A stretch of 64,000 bases of DNA. Origin: Lama guanicoe. Taxonomy: Eukaryota. The position numbers and the translations under genes were made by a program. The notes beneath the pieces are model-generated. The model had not been told where the DNA came from. It saw nothing but the letters and a program-made list of their open reading frames with translations, and did not search any database. The DNA is taken from assembly GCA_013239625.1 (NCBI GenBank), contig MU054212.1, positions 7,228,270 to 7,292,269 on the forward strand, in the 5' to 3' direction. This document shows, piece by piece, positions 13,801 to 25,896 of this stretch; position 1 is the stretch's first letter, and each line of letters begins with the position of its first letter.

Positions 13801-14319
13801 GGTACATATAGCGATTAAGACCTTTCGTTGCAGTGACTATCTTTTGCCCAGATCTTGGGCTGTTTTGTGGCCCTGCCACCACATAGCTCCTGCCATTTCA
13901 AGTAAGCATTGTGATTTCTAATTTTGACTTTTAATGTATACTTATTTTTATTTCGCTATGCAAAGCCTCCAGACTGTGACTTTTCTCTTCAAATAAGGCA
14001 GTGAGTAAGGACAGCAGAAGGAAATTTAATTTACATTTAGGGGCAGGTCATCCAACTTCCCACTGACTTGCATAGGATGTTTTGTAGTTTAGTTTTCATA
14101 TTTTCCCTCATTGACTTTAGGATATTTTTAAAAATTTAATAAACCTTTTATTTTCAAATTTAAAAAAATTTATCTTTCCTATATGCTTTTGCACAATAAA
14201 AAAAAGCTATACTTTGCTGACCTCCCCTTCCATGAGTTCTTATTAAAAGCAATCATTGAACGTTAACTTTAAAAATAGATATTTTAGAGAAAGTCAACGG
14301 AGATCCAATTTGATGATTT

Positions 14320-14720
14320 AGTTTAATAAACGTTTATAGATCTGCTGCTGTAGGCCTGTCTTTACACATAAGTGAGTCCCTGAGTTGGCAGGCCCATGGG
14401 TGGTAAGGCAGACGCAGGCACCAGTATTGCAGGAATTGTCATGAGTTCATACCAAGTTCCCAGGAAGCATGGGTAGGGAGGAGTGAGTCTGCCTCGGAGA
14501 CTTGGGTAGTCAGGAAAGCTCTGGGGAAGCTGTTTGAGTTGGGGCTGTCAGGATGAGTTTGCCAGGCAGAGGGGATGGAAGAGGGATGATCAGAGCAGGT
14601 ACAGCAAACACAGCAAGTCTGTGTGTTCAGGAAGTGCCAGGGGGTCTCGACTGGCTGGATGAGAGACGGGGGGAGTTGAGGAGGCAACCAAGATGTGAGA
14701 CTAGAAGTAAAGTCAGAGTC
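14320..14720 (-). mobile_element. L2 fragment
   Basis: L2-like reverse 3' region: tttaataaacgtttat...gtcaggaaagctctgggg...ggatgagtttgccaggcagag. Confidence 0.65.
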
Positions 14721-15844
14721 AGGAGTTCACTGTGCTTTCTCGCCTGTGTCTTGGGTTAAAGGGCAAAGCCCACTTGCACACCTGACAGTGGTCCAGTACT
14801 TAGACCGGGAGGGGTATCGCCCGCACCTCCTCCTTTGCACTCAACTTTAAAAAAATGAGCTCTAACCCATGTTTTCCAGTTTGACCGCATTTTCCAGTGA
14901 ATAGTGAATGAAAAAGAAGAGAGAGAGGGACAGCTCGGAGACTCTGAGAAAAGAGACTGAAATCCAGTCTTGCTGGAACACAGGCACCGGTTTCTCTAGT
15001 TCACCAGTTTCAAGGCTGTCTCATGAGTACTAGTCGTCCTCCATCTCCCTTTGGTCCCAAGCCTTCTAGATAGAACATTTTGGGGGAGGAGTTTGGGAAT
15101 GTGAGTGTGAATGAGAGTAGAGGCAAATGAGCAACAGATACGGAAAATCCCATTAACTGCTAGAATTTGAAACTAGCAGATTAGCTTAAACTATGTTTTG
15201 GGCTTCCCTAGTTTGGGCAGGCAAGCAAAACGTGGACAGGAATAATGTTTCTATACCTTTTAAAAAATGTTTTCCCGTCTTCCGTTTGTCCAACTACAAA
15301 AAGGGCAGGCAGTCTTATGGGGTTTCCAGGTATCAAATCCTGGCATTCGTTTTGTGATGGTGCCAGTGCACAGTTAGAAAAAAAGGAAAGCTCCTATTCT
15401 GTTCAGAATGCCAAGAAGATATAACTTTCGAAGCTGCATGTCAGTGTTAGATATTTATTGGATAAAACATCTGTCCTAATTCTTCAGTTTCCTGGCTGCT
15501 GTTGTAATTCCACATACAGGAGATTTCCCCTGGTCCTTTCTTTAACATGAATTTTTCTTTGGCTTGTATTCCAGAGGCCAAGCTCAGCCCCTTAGATAAA
15601 TATTCAGGCAACTGTTTAAAATAAGCCCTATATTATTTATTTATCACATCTGTTAAGAAAGCGGCAAGGGTAAGTAAAAGTGAAAACTGTGTGTTTGGTC
15701 AGAGTAGGAATCTGCAGGAACGTGTTCGACTCCTGCTCCAACTCTGCAGGGAGTGCTTTCAGGTTCAGCCTCTCTCATCAGATATGTGGTAAAAGAATGA
15801 ATAAGTTCACTAATGTGCCCATGTTTGAGGTCTATATTGTCAGT

Positions 15845-15866
15845 ACACACACACACACACACACAC
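15845..15866. repeat. (AC)11 microsatellite
   Basis: Read directly from the sequence. Confidence 0.95.
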
Positions 15867-17424
15867 AGAGGCACACTATTTGGAGCCTTTGGATGCGTTA
15901 CATTGTGTCTCACTCATTTTTATTCTTGATTTTTTTTCCTTTAAAAATAAGCTTTTTAAAGCAAAGGAACATCACTTATAGATTTTATTTTCTATTACAT
16001 TTACTTGCTTTAAGATTCTATTATTGTTTTATCAGAAATAAATCATTGGGGAAGAATGGTTTGACCCAGAGAAATACAACCAAGTTCAGAAAGAGGAATC
16101 GGGGAGGAAAATGACTGTGTAGTAAAGGAATTCTCATGATGCTTCACTTGGGTCTAGGATGGAATGTAAGACAAAGCAAACAGAGTTGAGTTAAAGGAAA
16201 ATGAATCATCTCTAGAAAAAGCTTTATAGTATTCCTTTGATGCTGTTTCACTTTCATTGCCCTGCCCTCCAACTGAAATTCTGAGGTTTAAATTGAACAG
16301 AGTCTTTCTTCTGGAAACACTACATGTAAATATATGTGAATCACCATATTAACACAGTGCAGTAATGAGTTTGATTAGAACTAGACTGCATGTATATGCT
16401 GCTACTGAGAGAGGTATGACAATGCCCTGTGGTTTCCTAGGTCAGAAAGAAAGAGAGCAAGTTGAGATTCAGGTGTCTGCTGCCCTCGGGAAGTGACAGC
16501 TGATTGCATACTGCTTGTCGTAGCAGTCAGAAGACATAAGGGACACAAGACTTTGATTGCATCTGCACTGATTTAGTGTTTGTTGTTTTTTGATCCTGCT
16601 GCTTTGAAGTTTACCTTTGACATTCTTATGAATAAAATCATTTCCTAAGAAAGTTGGTAAATTTGTCTAGTAGTGCAGCAGGCAGAAGCATTCTCATATT
16701 TCCCTCAAATTCTCTAAAATCTGTGTCACTATATTTGGTTATCCTTTTTAACTACCATTAAGTTTTTACTTTTCTAGGTGGAAATACTACTCTAAGAATT
16801 GAAAGTAAGACGTATTTGCTAATGCACACTTCACTTCAGGCGGGGCTTGCGTTACTGCCACTTAAGTCTGTTCCATTGGGATCGTGTATCCTCTCCACCA
16901 CCTTCCTCTCAGCTCCCCCACTTCATAGCAACTTCAGAACATTGTAAAGAGCATCCATGTAACCAGTATAAAAATAAATTTCTCTTTAGAATATTAACTG
17001 ATGGTTATTTCTAACGTTTCTTGATAAGTAAGCTTTGGTGAAGTGTTACATGTGACTCTAGTGATGATGTCAAGGAGAGAAACCCTAGTGCCCCACAGTG
17101 TTATGAAATGTTTCTGAATGTTTAGACTGTTCTGGGGAAAATGTCATACTGTTTCAAGTAGAAAAAGATTACCTGATCTTTAATTCAAGGACTTCTCTCA
17201 CTATATCCATGGGCAAATCCTTTCACTACTTCAGCCTTAGTGTTTCCAGGGCCAATCACTCTCAGTTTTTTCATGTTGGGGCTTAATGCCTTGTTCCCTG
17301 TGCCCTTATTAACTTCCTGTTTCAGTACCTCCAGTGTAACACAACCAGATTAAAACTTCTTTAGACATTACATTTTATGCATCAGCTCTTGGCTTTAAGG
17401 CCAGATATTTTAAGTGGAAAATTA

Positions 17425-17610
17425 TGCGCCTGGCCTTGGACCCCAGCTCTGCTGTTTCTGTGGCTGTGTGACCATGGGCAAGTGATTCACCCTTTCTGAG
17501 CTCTAGTTTTCTTTCTCCAGGATGGAGATGGTATGTTTCCATCTCACAAGGAAGCTGGGAGGATGAAATGAGACCACATTTGTCTAGTGCGTGGCATTAA
17601 TACCTAACAA
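17425..17610 (+). mobile_element. MIR SINE
   Basis: MIR core: ccccagctctgc...ctgtgtgaccatgggcaagtgattcaccctttctgagctctagtttt...ggatgaaatgaga. Confidence 0.85.
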
Positions 17611-18574
17611 TTGTTTTATCTTCCAAAATTTGTTCATTTTGGCTTCCTGATTACTTTCTGTTATTAAAACAAAACTTGATTAACTCTTCTCCAAAGATTC
17701 TTTCATGGACCACATTTTCACTTCTAGGCAGTGTGAGCTTGAGTCTATCTAAAGCAACTTGAGTGCTCTCAACACTGCCACGTGCATATGTTTCCATTTG
17801 ACTAGAATAATTTTTCACTCCTCCACCTTCCTTAAACTCTCAGGTCAGAATCCTCCTGAGTTACTGTTCCTTGGAAAATTTTCTTGGATTAGCGTTAACC
17901 CTGGTGCCCTTAAGAAGTCTTATTTTGAGCTTTTACAATATGTTCTCAAGTTGTTTTCTTCCACCTAACTTCCTCTCTCCTCCTGCCTCTGACATATGCC
18001 TCCGTTCTGCCACTAATTTAGTGCTTCCTCGCTTCGATTATCTGAGTAACTTCTCCCCTCGCGTGCACAGAAAGGGGCTGCGTCTGTATCGCGGCCAGAG
18101 CCACTCCTGGGGTGAACCTAATCTCTCGGGTGGGATGTTTGGAAGACACATTCAAGCTCCAGGTCTCATAGAGCAGAAAGTTACAGGAGGCTCTTGACTT
18201 TCATAGACGAGGCAGCTGGAGAGCTTGACTCTGGTTAAAATGGGCAGATTACATGGTTATCTGCAGAGGACATGATTTTCTTGAACGTAATTGTCTTAAA
18301 TTGACACCTAGCCTCTCAGATTTCATTTTCCGTTCCCGTGCCATGTGCCTTGGCCCACAGGAAAGGATAAACACGCCCCAGTAGGCCATAGACACTGTGG
18401 AAGGAGGGCTGTTAAATAGAAAAATCAGAATACCTCTGAGGTTGGTAGATTGAAAACAATTTCATTAACGTGGATTGTCTCTTCAGAGTGCTGCGCGTTG
18501 CCCAGTCTCCCTGTTTAGCTTCAGAAAGCTAACTACTGACTCCTAACTCTTTAGACGGATCTTGTGGGTTTTTT

Positions 18575-18715
18575 TTTTAATGTCCATACAATAACCCTGT
18601 GACATAGAAATTACCATCAATTAGTGGGTAAGGGAATGGAGGCTTAGAGAGGTTAAATGTAACCGTGGCCACACCGTTATTAAATGATCCCTTCTTTCAA
18701 ATCTAAATACTCTTT
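18575..18715 (-). mobile_element. MIR fragment
   Basis: Reverse MIR core: aataaccctgtg...aagggaatggaggcttagagaggttaaat. Confidence 0.65.
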
Positions 18716-18748
18716 TTTTTTTTGCTGTGCTATTTTGCTTTATTTTAG

Positions 18749-18976
<228 letters not shown>

Positions 18977-19519
18977 TAGCTGGCATTTCTTCTTCGTCCT
19001 ACAATTCTACCTACTTAAGATAACAGATGTTGTGCAGGGAAAGTAAAATAAGTAAGAACATAGCAATCAGAGAGAAACAGAGATGTCCTCGATTCAGCCA
19101 CTCCCCTAATATTCAGGACACTGATTTTAATCTGTGCTAAAAACTAAGAGAGACTTGGCTGAGAACTTTGATGTAGAATAAAAGAGGGAATATGTGGTTG
19201 GAAATAAAACTTGTATTAAGACTCTTGGCATGTGTGATTTATAGTAAACATATTGGGTTCATACATGCATTGCTTATTTTGAAAATAGTGTCTCTGTGGT
19301 CTCATGTTTATCTGATAGTTGATGTTTAAAAAAACATAATTTCTTTCTTGTTACTGAAATGCATTGTTAAAAATAAGAAAAATAGTAATCATGGCTTACT
19401 TGTTTCTAGACTATCCATTAATGTGTTTGGGGCTGAGTGGAGGTTAACTTTGCAGGGTCGTCCCGATATTACGTAAGCAGTCCTAGTTTGTGTGTCCGTG
19501 TCCAGAGATGGCGGTGGGA

Positions 19520-19762
19520 AGCAGCGGTTATGATGTTGAGCTCTGGGCTCTACCACACACTGGTTTCAGTTCTTGCTACTCACTATGTGACTCTGGGTAA
19601 CCCACTTTTCTTCTCTGAATCTTAAACTCCTTCTCTAGAAGATGTGGGAAATGAATAGTGCCTTTCACATGGAAATGGTATGAGAATTAAGGTGATACAC
19701 TGAAAACACGTGGTAGAGTGGATATCTGGCCCATAATAATCCCTCAGTAAGTGTTAGCTGCT
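19520..19762 (+). mobile_element. MIR SINE
   Basis: MIR pattern: cactatgtgactctgggtaa...tgagaattaa...ctcagtaagtgttagct. Confidence 0.8.
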
Positions 19763-21314
19763 GCTTCCATGCTGGCAGGTGCTGGACGTGCAGGGAAGAA
19801 AAGGAAGAGATGCTCTCACTGGATGGGGACACTGCATGGTTGTGATAGTAATAATGCCAATAAATGGAAAGCTCACCTATTTAACCCTAAATTCATGGTT
19901 TTCCTTTGTTTAACTGCTTTCCTCATATTTTTTAATCTTTATTCTTCTGTGACAACCCCCTCTGCTTTACCCCTTGGTGACCTTTACCAAGTCTAGGAAT
20001 AGAGGTGTCAGTCTAGTGGTATATACATATAACAAAGAAAGAGACACCATGTTTTTAATACAGTTAAAAAGTTTTTTAAAGTCCCACCAACCTGTGAAGC
20101 TACTTAATACTCACATCCAGCCTCCTAAATTTAGAATGTCTCCACCTACTCCTCTATTTCAAACAAAGAAACTTAGGAAAGGAAGTTAACATTTTTGTAC
20201 TGAATTATGTTACTTTTTTACTCTGTATCAATTACTGAAAATGCAGCATTTCCGTTCATTAATATCATATTTAAGGTAGTAACTGTTTCACCATTTGTAG
20301 GTCAAATACTCTTGGCTAAACTTGCCATTTGTATCATCGCTCTTGTGAAATGCTTTAGATGCCAAAGATCAGAAATGAATTTAGTGTTGGGATCCTTTTT
20401 TAATTGATGAAATAAAAGATGGATGATGGTAGAGAAGCCTGGAACAAGGCTGATTCAGGTGGCAAATAGGATGCAGGCAACAAATTAACCAACCAGGATG
20501 AAACAAAAGGTACGACACTGAATACTGGTAGCCAAGCTAGTTTAAGAAACACAGATGTGATCATAAATGGAACTCATACTTCTGAAGAGCAGTGATTGAG
20601 AAAATGTGTGCGCTGTGAAGTCTCCCCATATGCGAATGCAAAGATAAACATTCAGATCACTGTATTGTCATGTCTCATTATTTTTTACTTTCTTCATTTT
20701 GGTTTCATATCATTTGAACATTTTTTACGATGACTAAAACATTACACAACTTTGAGTTAGTGGGAATTTTTGTTTCATTTTGTTGCAAGGCATGTGTTCA
20801 TGGAAAATGTTGCTCGCTTCCTTAGGATCTAAGCCTTTTTTTAAGAAAACTGTCCTGAAATCTTCTTAATATGTGAAAGAGCTATCTATTAATTTCTTAA
20901 AACTTCTTGTTGTATAACCAAGTAACAAATTAGTTACTCAGACAATATGGCAAAATATAGCAGGTATGCTAATATTTGATTAATAATCAAATTCATATTG
21001 GAAACACATTTAGAAGAAAAGCTGTTCTTGCAGAATTTTGCCCAGATTCCCTGTAATTGCTGAATTTCTTAAGACAGCATTTCAAAACTTGACTGAACAT
21101 GTGGCATTTTAAATTGTAGCAGCCTCAGCAAATCTGCAGCTTTCTTTTCTTTTTGAGAGTTGAATGGCTATGGCCATGGAGAATTCTGTATAAGTGTACT
21201 TATCCATAGATATCCATATACATGTGTTCTGTGGTTGTGAATATGTTTTGTGTGTACACATACAGGCACAAATCATAATCTCATTAACGTAGGGCCAGCT
21301 AAATGACCCTAATA

Positions 21315-21560
21315 ACAATTACATTAGCTGTCATTTACTTTTCTGAATCCTAGAAATTATGCTCTGCATTTAACAGGCACTATGCCATTTAATCCTCATA
21401 CAAATCCTTTAAAGTAATCCTTTAAAATATTTTTCAAATGAGGAAGCTGCTGCCAAGAGGAGTTAGAGAACTTGTCCAGGATTGTCCAGTGAGTCAGTCT
21501 TGGAGATGACATTTGAACCCAGAGTCGTAGTTTCAGATTCTGCCCTCTTAACTTACAATC
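21315..21560 (-). mobile_element. MIR SINE
   Basis: Reverse MIR: catttaatcctcatac...aaatgaggaagctg...atttgaacccag...ctcttaac. Confidence 0.8.
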
Positions 21561-23851
21561 CTTTTCAGCATATGCTGTGTAATAGAGAAGATGAATTTTT
21601 GATGTTATCTAAGGAAATCTACATTTTTGACTATTTGTATGGTGCAAGGAAACCAATAACAACGTAGTCACTAAGAACATCATTTCCTAACATAGGCTGC
21701 TGTGTGCAACATCAGCACATATTTAAGGTAGGCACTCAGATATATTAGCTTTTATCATTTTACGAGACGTGTATTTTGAGTCAATTAGGCTTTTGTAGTT
21801 CAATCACACACTGTCCAATGTAAATTCTTAGAAAGAAGTAGGCGGGAAAAAAAAAAACCAAAACCAAAATCCAGTAGCTTTATAAGCATAAGTATAGTGA
21901 AGAAAAATAATTTAAAACATTCCTCATGCAAAGTAAGCCAGACATAATTTCCCAGCTCTGAAGCCCCCACCTCCCCACCAAAGCATGCGCGTTGCCACAG
22001 AGAGTGGTGTCTTACTCTGCACTGCTGTGGATTGCAGTTAATTATAGGCTGGACAGTATGGAGGCTGTAATGCCCCTTGGCTCTTGACATAGTGGATCTC
22101 CATTGCTTCTAATATTTGGGTCCTTTTAACTTTCTAATCATCAAAACATTAGTTAACATCATATGTTCGGTGTAATTGCATGAATAACACGTTGTTATTT
22201 CAGTAGTTATTTTTCTGAATAGGATGTTCGCAGTAAGCACATTCAGAAGCCTCTGGGGATTAGCAGATTGCTGATTATTACCTTGTTCCCTGTCTTCTTT
22301 CTGCCTTGGTATTTTAGTTGTAATGATCCTAAAGTGTGAAATGATTACATTTTGGATTTCACAGAAGGATAATGAAGAAAGATTTAATTTTGGAAGTTTT
22401 TAAACAACAGAATTGAATGAATGATCAAAGAGGAACAAGGTCTGTTAGGATGGGAGCTAACATGGTGGGGACCTTTCTGTGTTGTTCCTGTTGGTTTATT
22501 TGACTTCATTATTTATTTAGGGGGGTAGATTTTATTCATAAAGTTGCAGATTCTTTTCCCTCTTTATATCGCAGAGCAGACATATTCCTGGTATTTTGCG
22601 TTAGCTTTATATGTTTGACCAATACTGTGAAAATCGAAAGGTTATTTTGCATGATGGCAGTTTCTGAACGTGGGCGTTGACATTTAGCCTACTAACAACA
22701 GTGCATGTTGTTGGTGCCTGACACAGCCAGCTGTTACATATGTGTGTATTTCTAATTATTTCAGCATTCACAGCCTGTGATATTTTCAGAGTTTTCAGTG
22801 AAGGACTTAATGCATCCAGCGCTTTCTTAAGTTACATTGTTAGTATTATTTCTCTGTCAAAACAAAGAAGGTATTAACTTGTTCAGGCAAATTCCAAGTT
22901 AACCTAATAGGCTCTAGTTTTAGGTTTTATTTTATTTTTCATTAGGTCAGAAATGAGAACTGTCCCGTATTTTCAAAGTTATCTGACGAGCTTCCTGTTT
23001 AAAAAATAAAATGTTCATCTGAAGATTTTTTTTGTCTCTTTGTAGGAGAGAATATTGTGAGGCATCTCTAGAGGAAAGCACGCTCATTCAGCATCTTTTG
23101 ATTTCTCGCTTTTCTCTTAAAGCCAGAATTGTAATGCAAGTGTGATACGACCTTTACTTTCCCAGACTGATTTAGCTCTGTTGTGTTGGTTTCCTTTAAA
23201 AAGTAACTTACTTTGCAAGTGTAAGCCAGTACATTTCTTTCATACTGAACGGTACATGGAAGTATTAAACTTGGCAAGTCCAGTGTAGTCAGTGTACTAT
23301 GCACATGAGGATATTATATATGTGGGCAGCTTGAAGGTATAATCCTTCGTAGTACACTGCATTTATACTTGCCATCTGCTTGTTTATTTAGGTTTCAGCA
23401 TTCCTTCTTTCTAGATGTGAAATTAGGATTTAAAGTCGTTCAGTAAGACATTCCATTAGCATTCCAGTATGGAGCTAAGGGTCGAAGAGTTGGAGGTGCC
23501 TTGTTGATATCATCCTCCTAAAGTGAATCTAGACTAGTATAGTAAGACTTACTGTATAATATCAGTGTCAGAGTAAAACCATGTTCCGGATTGATCAACA
23601 GGGCCACCACTAGCTAATTAAGATCTTTAGTGTGGAATAGAAAAAGCCAGCTCTGCCCCAAGTTGTCACAACAACAAATGAATCTCCCCTTTCAGGTTAT
23701 CTTTGTGCAGAACAAACCTTCCATGGCCATCTAAAGTGGCCTTCATAATCCTGATTTCTTAATCTAGTGCGTGGATGTGTATTTTCCAGACTGGGATACC
23801 CAAACTTAGATCGTTACAAGTGAAGTTGTGTTTAACTTCTACTGTATTTGT

Positions 23852-23916
23852 AACATAAAATAGGAATTTTCTAGTTCCCTTGGAACATAAAAATAGATAT
23901 TTTCTAGTTCTCTTGG
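23852..23916. repeat. Imperfect tandem duplication, ~32-33 nt x2
   Basis: aacataaaataggaattttctagttcccttgg followed by aacataaaaatagatattttctagttctcttgg. Confidence 0.9.
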
Positions 23917-24111
23917 AATTTTAGCTGAAGTTCAAAGTGAAGGACATGGGATACAGGTGTACCCTACTGTGAAGAGACACACTAGTCATGGCCTCAAAGG
24001 ACTTACCGAGAGAAGGCCAGGTGGTCATTGATCAACCCCCAAAAGCCTGTGCAGAAAAATAGCCCTGTGGATTTCCTATTTTAAACACCTTACCAGTGCT
24101 GCTGTCTGTTT

Positions 24112-24728
24112 GTTTTTTTTTTTTTTACATTTTTATTGATTCATAATCATTTTACAGTGTTGTGTCAAATTCCAGTGTTCAGTACAATTGAGACAACTAT
24201 CTTGACTTGCACTTGCCTCATTGTCACATTTTTTTCTCTGTGATTTATCATAACATTTTGTGTATATTTCCCTGTGCTATACAGTGTAATCTTGTTTATC
24301 TGTTCTACAATTTTGAAATCCCAGTCTATCCCTTCCCACCCTCTACCCCGCCCCCCCCCCGGTAACCACAAGTCTGTATTCTCTGTCCATGAGTCCATTT
24401 CTGTCCTGTATTTATGCTTTGTTTTTGTTTGTTTGTTTGTTTTTGTTTTTTAGATTCCACATATGAGCGATCTCATATGGTATTTTTCTTTCTCTTTCTG
24501 GCTTACTTCACTTAGAATGACATTCTCTAGGAGCATCCATGTTGCTGCAAATGGCATTATGTTGTCGGTTTTTATGGCTGAGTAGTATTCCATTGTATAA
24601 ATATACCACATCTTCTTTATCCAGTCACCTGTTGATGGACATTTAGGTTGTTTCCATGTTTTGGCTATTGTAAATAGTGCTGCTATGAACATTGGGGTGC
24701 AGGTGTCATCCTGAAGTAGATTTCCTTA
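24112..24728 (-). mobile_element. Young 5'-truncated LINE-1 (ORF2 C-terminus, 3'UTR, poly-A) with target-site duplication
   Basis: Poly-T at 24113-24126. The minus ORF 24450-24692 ([20 protein letters not shown]...WIKKMWYIYTMEYYSAIK) is an L1 ORF2 tail. The 13-bp TSD ctgctgtctgttt is at 24099-24111 and 24729-24741. Confidence 0.95.
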
Positions 24729-25764
24729 CTGCTGTCTGTTTTACAGGAACGTTTGCCCAAGTAATTCACCCCGCATTGCTCAGCCAGTTCCTTCTCTGAC
24801 TCTGCATCCTTGTACCTCACAGGCATTAAGATGACTCTGCAGCAGCCCCTGGTCCTCTCTGTCAGCACGTTAGAAGAGGGGGATTTTAATACCTCTCTTG
24901 GACGGTGATCGGATGCATTTATTTTGGGGGAGGTGAGGAACATTGGGAATGCCATTTAGTAGGTGTCAGAAATTGGTGCCCTCAGGCTGAATTTGGCTCA
25001 GAATCCTCTTTGCTTTGTCTGGCACATCATTTAAAGTAGAAAAACTCACCTGAAAATCCTGTTGTTTTGCTTCTCTTGAGTCATCACTACCACCCCTCGT
25101 GGAGTCTATGCGTTCCCACTCATCAGCGTCCACCTTGTCATTGTCTTGCCTCAGCCAGTGTGATCCAGAAAGCATGGTACATTTTCCGAGGGATTGTGAA
25201 AAGGAGACACACAACATATGTGTGTGTGGCCAATGTGCACATAGTTGCAGAATATAGTTACATAATCGAAAACAAACAAACCATAAACAGCTAGCGTCTT
25301 TATTTGCAGAACAGCATGGTCTGCAGTGAGGGACCAGAAATCTCTCTCTGAGCTACCTGCCTTGTGGACATAATGAGTGCCAGAGTTCTCTTGTTGGGAG
25401 CTGGCCCAAACCATCCCAGGCATCTCAAATGAGTCAACGTTGGTTTTTTTTCCGCCTCCATCCACATTCTGATCTGCTTGGAGGATATCCCCAGTGTCCA
25501 CAGTCAAGTAAATCCTGCTTTCTAGAAAGTGAATCGGAATCATCAAGGTAGCCTAAAATGTCTATGGCCCCAAGGTGCCGCTTGTGAGAGCTGAACTCAG
25601 ATACTCCTGAGTTTACCTTGTAGCTTATGGCTTTACTTCTGTGACCAACATCGTAGTAACCAAAGAGTTCCCAACTTTTGCTTATTTGCCCCTAAAAGTG
25701 TTACTTGGGGGAAAATATAATGCTTATTTTTCAGAGGTGAAGCAAAAAAAGTATGTGTAGTTTT

Positions 25765-25896
25765 TTAGGGGGTGGGGGTGGGGCAGAGGTAATTAGGTTT
25801 ATTTGTGTGTTTTTTAGTGGAGGTACTGGAGATTGAACCCAGGACCTTGTACATGCTAAGCATGCACTCTACCATGAAGCTAATACACACTCCCCC
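25765..25896 (-). mobile_element. tRNA-derived SINE, camelid vic-1-like
   Basis: Minus strand reads GGGGGAGTGTGTATTAGCTTCATGGTAGAGTGCATGCTTAGCATGTACAAGGTCCTGGGTTCAATCTCCAGTACCTCC, with A and B boxes and an AATAAACCTAATTACCTC tail. TSD aagtatgtgtagtttt (25749-25764) versus aagtgtgtgtattttt (25897-25912), 14/16. Family name from memory. Confidence 0.88.

Noticed and set aside
15653..16114. 144-aa and 86-aa ORFs
   Set aside because: Low-complexity translations across an (AC)n repeat and AT-rich intron, with no recognisable domain.
25820..25896. Functional tRNA gene
   Set aside because: The tRNA-like head has a SINE tail and TSD and lacks a proper acceptor stem.
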